Shown piece after piece: positions 11,182 to 23,358 of a stretch of 64,000 bases of DNA. Below the pieces are notes generated by a model, which saw only the letters and a program-made list of their open reading frames with translations, was not told where the DNA came from and searched no databases. How positions within the stretch are numbered: position 1 is the first letter of the stretch; every line of letters starts with the position of its first letter. The translations under genes were made by a program, and so were the position numbers. Source of the stretch: Schizochytrium sp. TIO01 (lineage: Eukaryota > Protista > Bigyra: Labyrinthulomycetes); NCBI GenBank assembly GCA_004764695.1, contig SMSO01000031.1:844436-908435 (forward strand). Direction: 5' to 3'.

Positions 11182-11595
11182 ATTTATTTGTGGATAACTA
11201 TCTGTCTTTTATTTTCTACCCATTGCTCAAGCTTGTATGCGTGACATGCCATTGCCTTTGGTATTCTTTTGTGTTGTGGTTTTAATTTGGAGTACTAATC
11301 TAAAATATTTCGAGACCGCCGTTTCATTACTAATCATGCATCGCTTCAAGACTAATGCAAGGTTTGTAGTAAAGACGCTCAAGGATTAGAACATAACGTG
11401 AATATCAGAGAACAAGATGAATTATAACTACTACGATTGAGATATATACTATTAGTATTTTAAAGGTTTATTGCAGCTACATCATATCACAGACCCTTCC
11501 TCATTGCCTGCGCACAGTAATCTTTCTTTCAATAATGGTAGCCTTGGAGTATGAGAAATTCTTCCGAAGAAAGACCAACAAACTTGTTCGCGTGC

Positions 11596-11621
11596 TTTTT
11601 TTTTGGGGGGGGGGGGGGGGG
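11596..11621 (+). repeat. T9-G17 homopolymer tract just 3' of PACRG
   Basis: T x9 (11596-11604) followed by G x17 (11605-11621). Confidence 0.9.
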
Positions 11622-11712
11622 TGTCTGAGGAAAAGGAGCCCGGCGCCCCACGACTCTTCTCGAGGCGTGCATACTGGCTTGCTCCACTAAATCGGAATAT
11701 GGCAAAGATCAA

Positions 11713-12921
11713 TCAGATATGAACCAAGGATTCATAGGTCGGAATTTGGAATTTGATGTTAATGTATGCATCGCGACCCCCAGTTTTTTCCAACACCTCC
11801 AGTGCCTCGTTGACAAGGTCAATAAGATTCTCTCGCTTTTGCTGGCCATAGTCGATCTGGTCACCAAGATTCGACCGTGGGTCGAGTAGAAGCACGCTCC
11901 TGAAAACAGGTAAGATCTGACGATAGTAAGGCACAAGGGCCTCCCCAATATACGGAGCAGAGCGTGCGAGGTGCATAATCACAAGAAGAACTCGGCTCAC
12001 AGTCTTGCGATGATTAGTATTAAGAGCTGCCTTTATAGGCATAATTAATTGAGGAACCACTGGAAGAATCTTGTCTCCACCTTGGTCCAACAAATCAAGA
12101 GTCCCGGAAAATGCTAGGAAATTGTACGGGTCGCGGGTCTCACGAAGACCTTCGAAAAATAGAGGGAGATCTGTAACCGAGTTAATAATCACCATGAGGA
12201 AAGAAAAGAAAAACGTGTTTTGGTCTCAGGTTAGTTCTCGCATGGAGATCGATTCGATGCTTAACTCATAACTTACAGTGGTGATAGTCAAGACTACCCG
12301 GAGAAATTTTCCATTGAACATGTCGTTTCGTACCATGATCTGTCGTTCGTATTTCATACGCATTCCATTGTAGTCGATTTATCAAACATTAGCATTTTTC
12401 TTCTGTTCATTTAAATTTCCAAAACCATGCATCGAATTCTCAAAAGTCGAGGTCGACCTTTGCTCTTTAAACTTACCTATGCGAACAGGAATATCACCAC
12501 GGTCATAAAAGGTACGAAATGGGGTACCTCCAAGTAGGTTTCCAGATTGCTCTTTCCAAACGCCACTGCGAGGAGGGGCTACCGACGGCTTGGGCTTAGG
12601 CTTGGCAGTGCTGCTGGCAAGACGAAGTGGCTTGTTGGTCTTTCTCGAGCGCGTCGGAGAACTTGAGCTTGTATCATTATCCTTGGTCTCCTCCACAAAG
12701 CGAGGTCGATAAGTGCCACGGTAGTTGTGTGCACGCTGATTCATAGTGACAATCTTTGGCATGGGGTACCCTGAAGCCGGAGTCTTTTTACTCCGTCGAT
12801 TGCTACTTGAAGTAGAACTTTTGCTGTTACTTGAGCTGCTGCCTGCAGACGAATAGGCACCACCACCCCAGGCAGCGCGACGCTGCGATGCATCAGGTCC
12901 AATATGGTCAGAGTACGGCAT
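11713..12921 (-). CDS. PACRG: Parkin co-regulated gene protein (axonemal inner junction), 3 exons, 321 aa
   Basis: Exons 12921-12477, 12339-12277 and 12170-11713, with GTAAGT...CAG introns of 137 and 106 nt. The spliced product reads FRTFYDRGDIPVRIDHGTKRHVQWKISPGSLDYHHYLPLFFEGLRETRDPY...ALVPYYRQILPV...IDYGQQKRENL...AYINIKFQIPTYES, the PACRG core. Confidence 0.95.
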
Positions 12922-14135
12922 TTTGCAACTAAGTATCAAGTTAGCGAGCAAAGCTCCTAACCAAACTTAGCTCAAGCCGTGAACACAGACCTGCGCGCGC
13001 ACAAGGCGCGGGCGCTAGATCGGATTACCAATAAAAGCAGACGCTCTCGTGCGTGCGCCCAAGGCTCCAAATAGCTATACTTGGCCCCGTCGACGCCCGT
13101 AACCTGCAGCGAACTAGTTTGCCCAAGGTGATTCCTTCTAATTTTTTAATATACAGAGGTTGTAATCAAACTCGTCAATGTCTGTATGATATTTAAAGCG
13201 TGTGCATGCATCTATGCGAATGAACGTAATGAAGGCCTACAGCAACCTTCAAGAAAAGACAAGTTTGCGTGCAAGGGTACTTGTGTGTACTACGTAGAAT
13301 CAATTAAGGTCGTATTAGGCTTCAAAAGGAACTATGTTGGTCAATCTCTTTATCTCTGCTGTGAATCTATCCAGTTGCTTAAGTTTTCTTCCTCTAATAC
13401 TTTCTTTCTTTCTTTTCGTTATTTCTCAAAGCCAGGAAGTCTTACAGGTTCTCTTTGGTTTCTTGAAGGAGCACACCTTGTCCATCTCGATCCTATAATA
13501 GTTATTGTAGGGGCTTATTCCTTTCCCTGAACTAGCCAGTATTATATACTTTTATACCTGTGGTTTACTCGTGCCTAACTATATCCGAGGACAAAAGTGC
13601 TGTCAGCCTATTCGCCGGATCTCTCCAACGGATACATTGACACTCTCAGTGGAAGGTTCACAATATCAATACACTCATTTTATAATATAGCATTTAGTTA
13701 TGGATTTTCATAAAAGTTTAACGTTGCATATATTAAAAGTCAAGTGTATTTAATGCAGCTTGCCTCCTATTATTGCTTCAGAGGAAGGAAAAGGCGAGTA
13801 AAGTACAGTTGTGAATTGAGGCGACGGCTTGTTCTGATATTAGAAGAGAGGAAGAACACAGGTGCTTGTTAAACTTACTTGAAGAAGCAGCTACATCCAG
13901 TAGTACAAATATGGCATTGAAAGAAAAGGCAACCATTTATATAATTACTTCCTCAATAGGCCATAAAGCAAGCCTGGTAAAATAAGTAACGTTGTCTTGC
14001 ACTGATTCCTGCCTGAGCGCTATATATCTGCTTACTTGAGTGTCGGCATCACCACGAGGAGGGGTGGAAGTACAGACACATACGTAGTGAGTGAAAGCGC
14101 TCTAATTAGGTACTCGTGCTGAGCAGTCCCGCAAG

Positions 14136-16779
14136 ATGATTGCACCACAATCCAATAGCCTCCCTCGTGAGGTATTGCGATGGTTGCAAGGTCTTGACCT
14201 TTCTTATACAATCAAAAATGTCAAGCGAGACTTTGCTAATGGATATTTATTTGCAGAAATCTGCTCGCGATACTTTGCGAATGATGTCAGCCTTCATAAC
14301 TACAGCAATGGAACCAGCATGACAAGCAAGAATGATAATTGGTTCCAGCTAAAAAGGCTTCTTGCAAAATGTGGCGTAGAGGTCACCACGGAGCACTTGA
14401 CAGAGATTGTGCATTGCAAAGATGGAGCAGCAGTAGCATTGGTAGAGCAGCTTTATAGTCATTTAACTGAGCGAAAGCTCATCAAGATGCCCAAGCTTCA
14501 ACAAGAACTTAAGGTTCCCGCTTTTGCTCGCGACACTGCCTCTAATCTTATCAAACGTAGACTTCGAGAACCAGATTTAATTCACATGCAAGATGAGCTT
14601 GCACGGGAACATAGTCTAATTAAGACGCTTAGTGAACATAACTCGCGAACTTCGCAAGAGCGACGGATTCATCGTGACGAGGTGGAAAACAGTGTATCCT
14701 CTGAAAGTAAATCAGACTCAAAGTTTGCTTCTTCGCTTTCAATGTCCAATACAGCATCTGGTTCTGCCTTAAAACCTGATCAATCAAGTAGCCCTGTTGG
14801 AACTGCCTCGCAAAAGCGAGTAGAAGTGAAAATGGTACAGGTGAAACAGATTGACACAAACTTATCAGCCTTGCGAGCACGCCAACTGGCAGGTCGTGCT
14901 TCCCCTATAGAAGTAGGTTCATTTGGAAGTGGACGCTCAAAGGCTGGAGCAAGCGCATCAAGTCTTCCTAAAGAGTCAATTATTGAAACCTTATCTCAAA
15001 CCCTAGCCTCTGCTTTGCCGGATGGTTGCTTAGTGTCAGCAAAGCCTAATGAGCCAGTTTTGCAAACTTTCGTTCGAACACTTAGTGATGGTGTAGCTCG
15101 TGCATGTACTGGGAGTCAGCTGGTGCAAGGAAACAAAGGGTTAAGTGATGCAGACCTCTTGGGAGCATTTGGAAGTATTGCAGAACGACTTGATTCAGTT
15201 GACCATCCTATTGATGCTCGCGAATTCTGGCGAACAGTTCATCTCTTCATTTCTATGCTTGAGCTTGTAGCAGATGCAGATGATAGTTTCCAGGCATGCA
15301 CAGATGCATGTGTACGTTTTGCGCACATGATGGTCAGGCAAGTTGACTTGCATCAGAACCCGGGAGACAGGCGTGCACTCCTTGACATGTTTCTTGATGC
15401 AGGTCTCTCTCGTCTCACTGAGATTTTACGCTCAACACCTCGCAAACGCCACGCATGTCTCACATTTATTGACGTCTTTGCAGAGCATGAACCTTCAACA
15501 AGGCGCTATCTCATTAAAAGACTGCACGATTCTTTGAATCAGACAAGCTCCTTCCTCCAATGTCTTACAATTCTCATCTTCATGGAACAGAGCTTGAGCG
15601 CATCTGGGCCCGGAATGGCGCTCTTAGACCTTTACACATACTATGGATTGATGGGCCTCTCAAATTCTTCTTCTTCTCTTCGGGCTGCCTCCCTTGCAAT
15701 GTTTGCAGTTATCTTGCAACACGAACCATCTACTGCATCTCGTCTCCTTCCTAAGATGCAAGACCTTACTGCAGATTCATGGTGGGAGGTCCAATGTCAA
15801 GTTCTCATTGTTTGCTCCAAGGTGCTTGACTACCTCGTAATGAACCTTGATGAAGCCATTGAGCAACAGCACCATGATGATGCAACTCGAGCAGAGGAAG
15901 CAATAGATGAGCTAAATGATCAACTTGAAGAAACTGTGCAGATCATTGCGAAGGTATTCACTTGTCAAGCACCAGTGAATGTTTGCAAGGTTGGGCTGGT
16001 GTACCTTGGCCGTCATTTGAGAGTACACCCTCAGCTGGGGCAAATTTATTCTGAGGTTCTTTTAAATTTGTCACGTAAGTCCTATCAAGATGAAACAGAT
16101 GAACATCACAGCTTAATTCGTCTTTTAGGACTCGTTCCTGAGATCGAGGAATTACCTCTTCCAAGTGCAAGTGGTGGACGGTATCATCTTGCGCCAATTG
16201 TCAGCTCGTGGGATGTGCATGGAATGGCCTTGGAGCTTGAACGAATCATCCAGGAGTCTGATTTACAAAACCTCGAGTACTGGCACTTGGAGATCCTCAA
16301 TGCGCTTGTGCAGGATACGCATCGAGGATTACACGGAGAAGGCAGTGACACCCACAGTGAAGGTCGTGCCTCAACAGGTTTCCATGATGAAACAAAGTCA
16401 ACCTTTGCAGGAGAGGACGATGACTCTTTTCCAAAAAAAACTCTTTGAGACTTTCAAGGATCTCGTTTTTCTTGCTCTTTGTGATCCCGTAAACTACAGT
16501 CTTGCAAACTTTATTATCCGCACATGGGCTCTTGTTCCGGAATTTGAAGTAATGGAAGCTCGCTCTTTTGCGGGCGCACTGCGACTTCTTTACAGTCAGC
16601 CTCCGCGTGAGACAACTTGGAATGGGCAGCAAGCTATGGCTGACCTCTTAATAGATCTTCATAACTCTGGCCCGCGTTTGGCTAATGCCGTGACACAGTG
16701 TGTGTCCAAACTTTGCACAAACTACCCAGAGCTGCTCGAGAATGATATTCTATGTGACATGGAGCAAAAACTTGAGTAA
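14136..16779 (+). CDS. SPATA4/SPEF1-type CH-domain protein with a helical C-terminal region; +1 frameshift at ~16433-16448
   Basis: N-terminus LPREVLRWLQGLDLSYTIKNVKRDFANGYLFAEICSRYF matches the SPATA4-like CH domain. ORF 14136..16448 stops just after an A8 run. The +1 frame continues KKLFETFKDLVFLALCD...EQKLE*. Restored length 880 aa. Confidence 0.8.
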
Positions 16780-17512
16780 GATATAATATACACGACAGCT
16801 CCTCTTTTCAATTACTTTACCTACGGTTTAAATCTATCTTGTGATTTGTGTTAGTTATTGTTCTGTGCTTCCCTGGCAGGATAGATATTCTTCTTTGTTT
16901 TTTTTTGTTTTTGTTAAACAAACTCTTACTAATAGGTGCAAGCTATATTTAAAAACAATTGAGTTTGCCAAATTGTGAATCAGAGCCTCTTCAATATTTC
17001 AGCCGTATTTTTTTCCTTATCTCTTTAGTATCTTATTCATGCATTCTTTCTGATACCGATGCTGCATTGAGAGTATGTGTTATATTCGGAACCCGTGTTC
17101 ATCTTTGAACCTTGACCATTGATCGTGTTGAGTATCGAGAGGATATTCAATGTAAGTTCGCATGTGATAAGCAAGAAGCGTAAGTGAATGAAACTTCACT
17201 CTAGTCCGCCAAGAATGTCATTCAACCACTCTAGAAAACGTAAATTAGTTTCCATTTTAGTCAAGTCTGACTAAATCTATTAATACTTATATTAAAATTT
17301 CTGCGTAAGCGAATTTCTACAGACGCTAAATTCACCAGATTATTAACACACCAGATTACCATGCGTGAACGAGGCTCGGAGGCCTCTCTCAAATATTAAA
17401 TCGATGAAATGAGCCTGTAGTTGGTATCCTCTTCACTGCTCATTTAGTGAATTACAATACTGTACATTGCACCCCAAATCAAATTGCACATACAGATAAC
17501 ATACTAGAAGAG

Positions 17513-20500
17513 CTACTTTAGCTCCAAGACTGCTGCGGTAACGGATCGTGGATAACCTTTGTACATACCCGACATAATAACACTGGTGCTACCAGAGTAG
17601 GCTTGAAGGCGGCGCATTCCCCAGCCATCATTCTCATGGATTTGCTGTTCGCTCAATGCATCCCTATATTCGCGCTCATGAGAGCGACGGTTCCATGCGT
17701 CTCCATAGGATTCTGTCGTCATTGAAATCCACGGCTGGGGGTCTAATGCTGATGCTCTTCCAAGCTCAGAGCGCCACATACAGGCTGAAGAAGGATGCTC
17801 ATAAAGGCTGAATGGGTCCTCAGCCTGTCGAACATAAGCTTGGGATACAACATCGAGGTCGCCGACGAACACGCCTAGTGACGGGTCTAATAATGCTTCT
17901 GCAGCAGACATCGAAGGCTCAAGACTAATTGAACTGTCATGCGAGTCATTGTCTTCAGCATCTTCACTTTCATCCTCTAGCAGAACGTCATCACCAGACC
18001 GTAAAACATTGTTTGCGCTGCGTGTAGGGAAAAGCCGCGCGCGCATTTCCGGAGAAACAGTATTGCGAGTAGCCGAGGACGAAGACGAAACCACAGTCTC
18101 TGACGAAAAGGGGGCTCGGCGCAGACGAGCATGTCGTCGAGAAATATCTTTTTGTCCATCTTTGTCAAATTTTGAAAGAACGCCTCCAGACGGAGGCGTA
18201 ATGAGCTGTGCAGAGGAAAGCCCAGGAGTGAAAGAAAGGGGAATCAGGTCATTGGGACTCACCAGGTCCCTTGGTTTGAAGTAAGGCTTTGCAAACAGGG
18301 CATCAAAACTTGCGAGACCACCATCGCGACCACGATCAGACAAGTCTTGATCGGGCGTATTTGGCGAAAGAAGCTCATATGGATGGGCACCTAGAGCACG
18401 AAGGGGGGTCATTACGCGCTCAGCAAAACTACTAAGAGGCTTTGACCACCATTGCCCCAGTTCTAAAACTCGCGGCCGCAATGAGAAATTGGGTCGATAG
18501 GTTACGCCACGATTGTGCAGGTAAAAGTCCCCCGTTCCATCAGCATTTTCACGTTGGCGTTTATGGTGTTCAGGTCTATACAAGCCCAAAAAAACGTTGA
18601 TGGCATCTTGTTTAGCATGGTCAGTGAAAGCATTCGAATAGTAACGCTTCAGCGATGTATAAAAGGCCTGCTGACGAGTTGAGGTCGATCCACTTGAAAC
18701 AAGTTTCCCCGATTTGCGGTGAGCATCTGAGCCTCCATATTGCATAGCGATTCGGTCTCCTAATTCCTCATACATCTCCATGAGGACTGCCGCGATTGGT
18801 GTGTCTGTTGTGACGCGCTCGCCAATACTGAGTATACCTAGCGCAATTAGCTGCTCGTTGATAACGTGGAGACCTATGAGGAACTGCGCAAGGTTAGTGC
18901 GATCCAAACAGTCAATGCAATTTGTGCGCAACACGCCATGTTGAATGCGGCCCGTTTTGGCATTCGTATCTCGAGAGTCTGCCCCAGTAGGGGTCCGAGG
19001 GGTACGTGCTGGTGACGAAGGGTATGCAGGTGTAACAGGAGGTTGCGCTTCGACAAGATCAGTGAACCCAAGTTCTTCCTCGTCTTCATCTTCATCTTCT
19101 TCATCATCATCTATACCTATGCCAGGCGACTTGTCTTCAGGATCAATCTGGTCTGTGTCGAGTCCGTGCCCTGCACTACCGCCTGCGTCACTTGAAGGTC
19201 CCTCGTTCGCATGGAGAAAGTTTGCTTCATGATCGCTTCCTAGATCACCGCCAGTCTCATCATCTGCACCTATCATTGACCTAGCTTTACCCCCTGCATC
19301 AGTCCCAGTAGTAGATTCTACATCATCGGCATTCTCATTTTCTGTTGCTGATGAGTTCCGTGCAAAATCATCATCTTCGTCATCGCGAGTAGCATTAATA
19401 CTTGATGTGTCGGCAAGTACGGCGAGATTAATAGATCGTGCGAATGAGCTTTCACGAGAAAACTGCTGGATATTGTCGCGACTCAGTTCTCGCGTAAGCT
19501 GTGTTGGCTGACCACTGTGCAGTTTGAGTGCTGTGTTAAGGCGCATCGGAACAAACTTAGCCAAACGACTGGACCAACGCAGAGGTAACCGTTGAGATTC
19601 AATATCTTGAGATATGGCCTTCCGACGCTGACCGCCAAATGGATAGCTCTCTGGGTTTCGCATATCAGCTCTCAGCTCTCGATGAGATTTGGCAAGCCAA
19701 GCAGGGGCGCTGTTATGAACCTCGGTAAAGCGAAGCGCCTTCGTTGGCGCCATAAAGAATGATGTTTCACGAATTGCCTGCTTTGCGACTGTGTCCAGAG
19801 CACGAAGTAAGGAGCTCGGGTCAACCTTACTAAGGCGTGTGAAGTCGACCGCGCAGTATTCAATAGCCTTGCTAGTTGGAAGAGTTGAGTTAAGAACCTC
19901 AATTGCATGTTTAAAATCACTACCAACAATGGTTTCTCGCTTGCGTTTTTCGGTTTGCTTAACAAGGTTCAGAATAATTATTGAGTCTCCGTAGCGATTT
20001 ATGAGGTCCATGAAATGTTTACGAGTGGCATTATACCACGGATCAAAACGTTGTCGTTTGATCGGCGGCTTAGGCATTGCCACGCTTGTTTCTTGGGACC
20101 AGAATGTGGGGATGGACCCGCGCATTTGCACATAAGCACTAACACCGCCAGGGTCTGTGGGTAGGAGCATGTGGTCCTGAACAATCTGTTCAATTTCAAC
20201 ATCGTTGGCGACATAGCCATCATCGTTGACACCTCGCTTGAGGTAGCGTGTGCCAGCATAGTATCGCGAGCGTCTTGCGACGAGTGTAAGGGTGAGACTG
20301 CGTGAGAGAATTGAGCAGCGTTGTTGTTTAAAAGAGCCATGGACAAGAGCAACCGTCCAAGGTGAGAGGAATACCGATCGAGGGCTAGTTTTAAGAGCAT
20401 CTAACAGCGGTCGCGCAAGATATTCGTTCCAGACGAAAAGATTATCTTCGCCAATTGCGTTCGCCGCACCAGGAGGTACTACAGACGGATCCCTTTCCCT

Positions 20501-21196
20501 CGCCCTTGATGATATTTGTGAAGCCACGTTCCGTTGTGCAGAGACAGACAAATTATACGTATACGACCAATAGAATGCCCTTGAAAGGTCTACAAGCTTA
20601 AAGAGAGACTTAAACTCCTCCTCCATAGCCGTTATAGGGTCCTGTGCTCCAGAAAATAGCGACCAGGCCGATCTTCTCGCCGGTGCTCCTACACTTGCGT
20701 CAATTGCTGCTTCGTCAAAAAGAGGCACAAGTTGAGAACCCTTCGCCGCATAGATGACATGTTCGTCTAGTTGGCCTTCCTCAGCTCTGTTCGCAATGAG
20801 CACGAGGTAATAACCTTTCACAAATTTGATCACTCCTGCAATTGCTACCGCATCCATAATTCTATTCAAGCCCCCTGTGCGTCGATTTCCCTCAGCAAGT
20901 CTTCTAAGGGCACTCTCAAGCTCCTTTGCTGTGTACAAGCTCGGATCCTCGTACACACAGTCCCTAAATTTCCTTGACTCAGACATCATCGTTCGAGCTT
21001 TCTCAAATCTGAGCAGACGATATCTTTCCGCGCTTTCTCCTGTTGCTGACGACCTCGTGAAAACCTCATCCCTGCCCTCCAAAGATGCCGCAAATCCTCT
21101 TCCTGCTGAGCTTAGGAGGCAGGTGCCCACCACATAAACATAGTCCTTCGCATCATACACGCGAACGTGACTGATCTTGGCGCGATGCAGGTCCAT
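17513..21196 (-). CDS. FIG4: SAC-domain polyphosphoinositide phosphatase FIG4/SAC3
   Basis: ARRSRYYAGTRYLKRGVN, VANDVEIEQI, YVQMRGSIPTFWSQE, catalytic CX5R in RTNCIDCLDRTN, QYGGSDAH, KRYYSNAFTD..KQDAINVFLG. First ATG at 21196. Confidence 0.93.
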   Translation of the reverse strand: MDLHRAKISHVRVYDAKDYVYVVGTCLLSSAGRGFAASLEGRDEVFTRSSATGESAERYRLLRFEKARTMMSESRKFRDCVYEDPSLYTAKELESALRRLAEGNRRTGGLNRIMDAVAIAGVIKFVKGYYLVLIANRAEEGQLDEHVIYAAKGSQLVPLFDEAAIDASVGAPARRSAWSLFSGAQDPITAMEEEFKSLFKLVDLSRAFYWSYTYNLSVSAQRNVASQISSRARERDPSVVPPGAANAIGEDNLFVWNEYLARPLLDALKTSPRSVFLSPWTVALVHGSFKQQRCSILSRSLTLTLVARRSRYYAGTRYLKRGVNDDGYVANDVEIEQIVQDHMLLPTDPGGVSAYVQMRGSIPTFWSQETSVAMPKPPIKRQRFDPWYNATRKHFMDLINRYGDSIIILNLVKQTEKRKRETIVGSDFKHAIEVLNSTLPTSKAIEYCAVDFTRLSKVDPSSLLRALDTVAKQAIRETSFFMAPTKALRFTEVHNSAPAWLAKSHRELRADMRNPESYPFGGQRRKAISQDIESQRLPLRWSSRLAKFVPMRLNTALKLHSGQPTQLTRELSRDNIQQFSRESSFARSINLAVLADTSSINATRDDEDDDFARNSSATENENADDVESTTGTDAGGKARSMIGADDETGGDLGSDHEANFLHANEGPSSDAGGSAGHGLDTDQIDPEDKSPGIGIDDDEEDEDEDEEELGFTDLVEAQPPVTPAYPSSPARTPRTPTGADSRDTNAKTGRIQHGVLRTNCIDCLDRTNLAQFLIGLHVINEQLIALGILSIGERVTTDTPIAAVLMEMYEELGDRIAMQYGGSDAHRKSGKLVSSGSTSTRQQAFYTSLKRYYSNAFTDHAKQDAINVFLGLYRPEHHKRQRENADGTGDFYLHNRGVTYRPNFSLRPRVLELGQWWSKPLSSFAERVMTPLRALGAHPYELLSPNTPDQDLSDRGRDGGLASFDALFAKPYFKPRDLVSPNDLIPLSFTPGLSSAQLITPPSGGVLSKFDKDGQKDISRRHARLRRAPFSSETVVSSSSSATRNTVSPEMRARLFPTRSANNVLRSGDDVLLEDESEDAEDNDSHDSSISLEPSMSAAEALLDPSLGVFVGDLDVVSQAYVRQAEDPFSLYEHPSSACMWRSELGRASALDPQPWISMTTESYGDAWNRRSHEREYRDALSEQQIHENDGWGMRRLQAYSGSTSVIMSGMYKGYPRSVTAAVLELK

Positions 21197-22215
21197 GTCG
21201 AGCCGAGATCCTCGCAAATTTTAGTGCCAGGCCGCTCAGGGCGGTGCCCAGGCACTGAAAATCTGTCTCCGAGGCCTCGTGGACGCTACCTCGTCCAAAG
21301 CTCCAGCCCCGAGGATCAATCGCAATGCGATTTACACGAGGCTTTGGTGTCACGACGACTGAAGGAAATCTTCTTCTTACGAAATATGATTTTTTCTTTT
21401 TCTTCCTTTCTCTTCGATGGTAATAGTTACTTTCAAGAAGAATAACCAAACTCCAAATCCAAAACTCTGTTCTCTTTCCGAGCAATCGTCGGACTTATCA
21501 ATTGAATTGGCCACCATTGAGGCTCTGTATCATGCATACTGACCTGCCCACGCATTCGACCCTGTTGGTTTTGCAATCATGCGTATATCCGTCTATCATG
21601 TTCTCTTTCTGGTTCACATACTCTTAGAACTTCGGGAGGGATGACCGGGTTCTTTGGAATGTATGTTGATCAAACAGGCCCACCATCCAGTGAACGAAGT
21701 TACCACGTAAACAAAAACAACCATGACCACACCAGTGCCACGACACTCTGCATTTGGGTTTGCCTGCGTCGGCCTATTCCGCATCCCTTTTGCATTCTAC
21801 TCGCATATTTATACATGTCTTCGCGATGCGTATTCGCGTTTCGCTCATCTAAACCGTGCATCTTTTATTTTATTCTTTTTAAATTAAAGATTTAAATTAA
21901 TATAACTCCTAAATACCTTTTTTGTATGCAATGAAGAAGGCTGAAAATTCAATCAAGGGAAATCATGGTACGCCTCTACTGTAGAGTATAGACATAGTAA
22001 GTCAAGTATACTAAATATTTAACTATTAATTACAGTCAGTTATAGAGAATAGTTTAATTGCGGACAGACGAGAAACAGTAAATCGGATTGAGGTCTTCGA
22101 AAGTCGATTCATTCGATCAATCTCACTCCAAACTGTGATTGAGAGCTCAGGCTGGTGCCAGACCTCTCTCCTGTGGCAGCGTCTACGCCTTTGATTATTG
22201 TGGACCTAGGCGCAG

Positions 22216-23358
22216 ATGCCTTCGCCCACGGGTGGCGTCCGTGTGAACATGGCGCGTTTGGTCTTCGGAATGTTATGGGCGGTCGTACTCATGACGCTCT
22301 ACAGCGTCTACACTGGCACCATCCACCTTGAAGCGCTGTCGGAGCGAATCCGTGGTACGAATCTTCTCACCACATTGACCATTGAGTCCTCCTCGGGTAT
22401 GTCTTCTCAGGATACCTTGGAGAGGCCCGCCAAAGAAGTTTTGGAGGCCTCAATGTCAAACAAGGTTGAGCCCATGTTTCCCAAAGCTACGTATTCTGCC
22501 TCAAATTCCGCAAATTCTGCAGCTCAAAAGGTCGATGACGATGAGATTCTTCTCTCCGAAGACAAGGATGCTCTTTACGACGAGGATTCGTCTTCCGCAA
22601 ACTCATCCAAGTATGATGTGGACGAGGTTGATGTTGAAAAGGAAAATGTTGATGTCGATGATGATGACGGTGAGGTTTCGCAGATTATGGCAGAGCATAT
22701 GAGGGGAAATACCAATGGTCGTGCACCCTATGGAGTTGATGCTTCAAGAGAGTCTCTGCAGAAGGTGTTACTGAATGAGCTTGTAGCCCCAAACCAAGAA
22801 ATGGTCAGGGTTCCTGTGGAGACGCAGGATCTTAAGACAAAAAAATTGCTCACAGTGTTGCCCTCTTACATGGTCACCGGATATGCCTTAGACGTCAGGT
22901 CAGCTCCGAGCTTCAGTGCGCCAGCTACTGGTCGCATTGTGCACAAGGGTGAGTATGTCGTTGGTGCACGCGTTTGGAAGAAGGAATATGTCTCGTGGCT
23001 AGAGATGTCGCCAAACGAGTTTTTGCCGTTATTCGTAAACCCGAACACAATCAACTTCAAGAAGGTCGCGGTTCCTTATCTTAAGCTCAACTCTATCAAG
23101 GCATTCAATGAGCGGGCACTCGAGCCATTGCAGGACTGCACACTGGAGGTGTCAACAACTAAAATCAACTCGTGCAGGAGAGACAACGAGTTGCGCCAGG
23201 AAATCAATCGCATTATTGAAAGCTATGATGTAGTCGACTACGCGCCCAAGACATTAGGTGCCACACGGGGCGGCGAAGAGGAGAAACGCATCCTCAATGT
23301 CATTGAGAGTCTCTTTGAAGCCAATGCGCCTTACAAATTTCCTAAACTTGAACTGTAG
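22216..23358 (+). CDS. Type II membrane protein with an acidic stalk and a bacterial-type SH3 (SH3b)-like domain
   Basis: 380-aa ORF. N-terminal TM segment LVFGMLWAVVLMTLYSVY, D/E-rich linker, then YMVTGYALDVRSAPSFSAPATGRIVHKGEYVVGARVWKKEYVSWLEM, resembling the SH3_3 pattern (lnvRsgPs...g.l.kG...W). Confidence 0.75.
   Translation: MPSPTGGVRVNMARLVFGMLWAVVLMTLYSVYTGTIHLEALSERIRGTNLLTTLTIESSSGMSSQDTLERPAKEVLEASMSNKVEPMFPKATYSASNSANSAAQKVDDDEILLSEDKDALYDEDSSSANSSKYDVDEVDVEKENVDVDDDDGEVSQIMAEHMRGNTNGRAPYGVDASRESLQKVLLNELVAPNQEMVRVPVETQDLKTKKLLTVLPSYMVTGYALDVRSAPSFSAPATGRIVHKGEYVVGARVWKKEYVSWLEMSPNEFLPLFVNPNTINFKKVAVPYLKLNSIKAFNERALEPLQDCTLEVSTTKINSCRRDNELRQEINRIIESYDVVDYAPKTLGATRGGEEEKRILNVIESLFEANAPYKFPKLEL

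Noticed and set aside
16378-16410. Possible mini-intron (GT...TTTGCAG) to rescue the SPATA4-like frameshift
   Set aside because: It is 33 nt long and keeps the same frame, so it does not bypass the stop.
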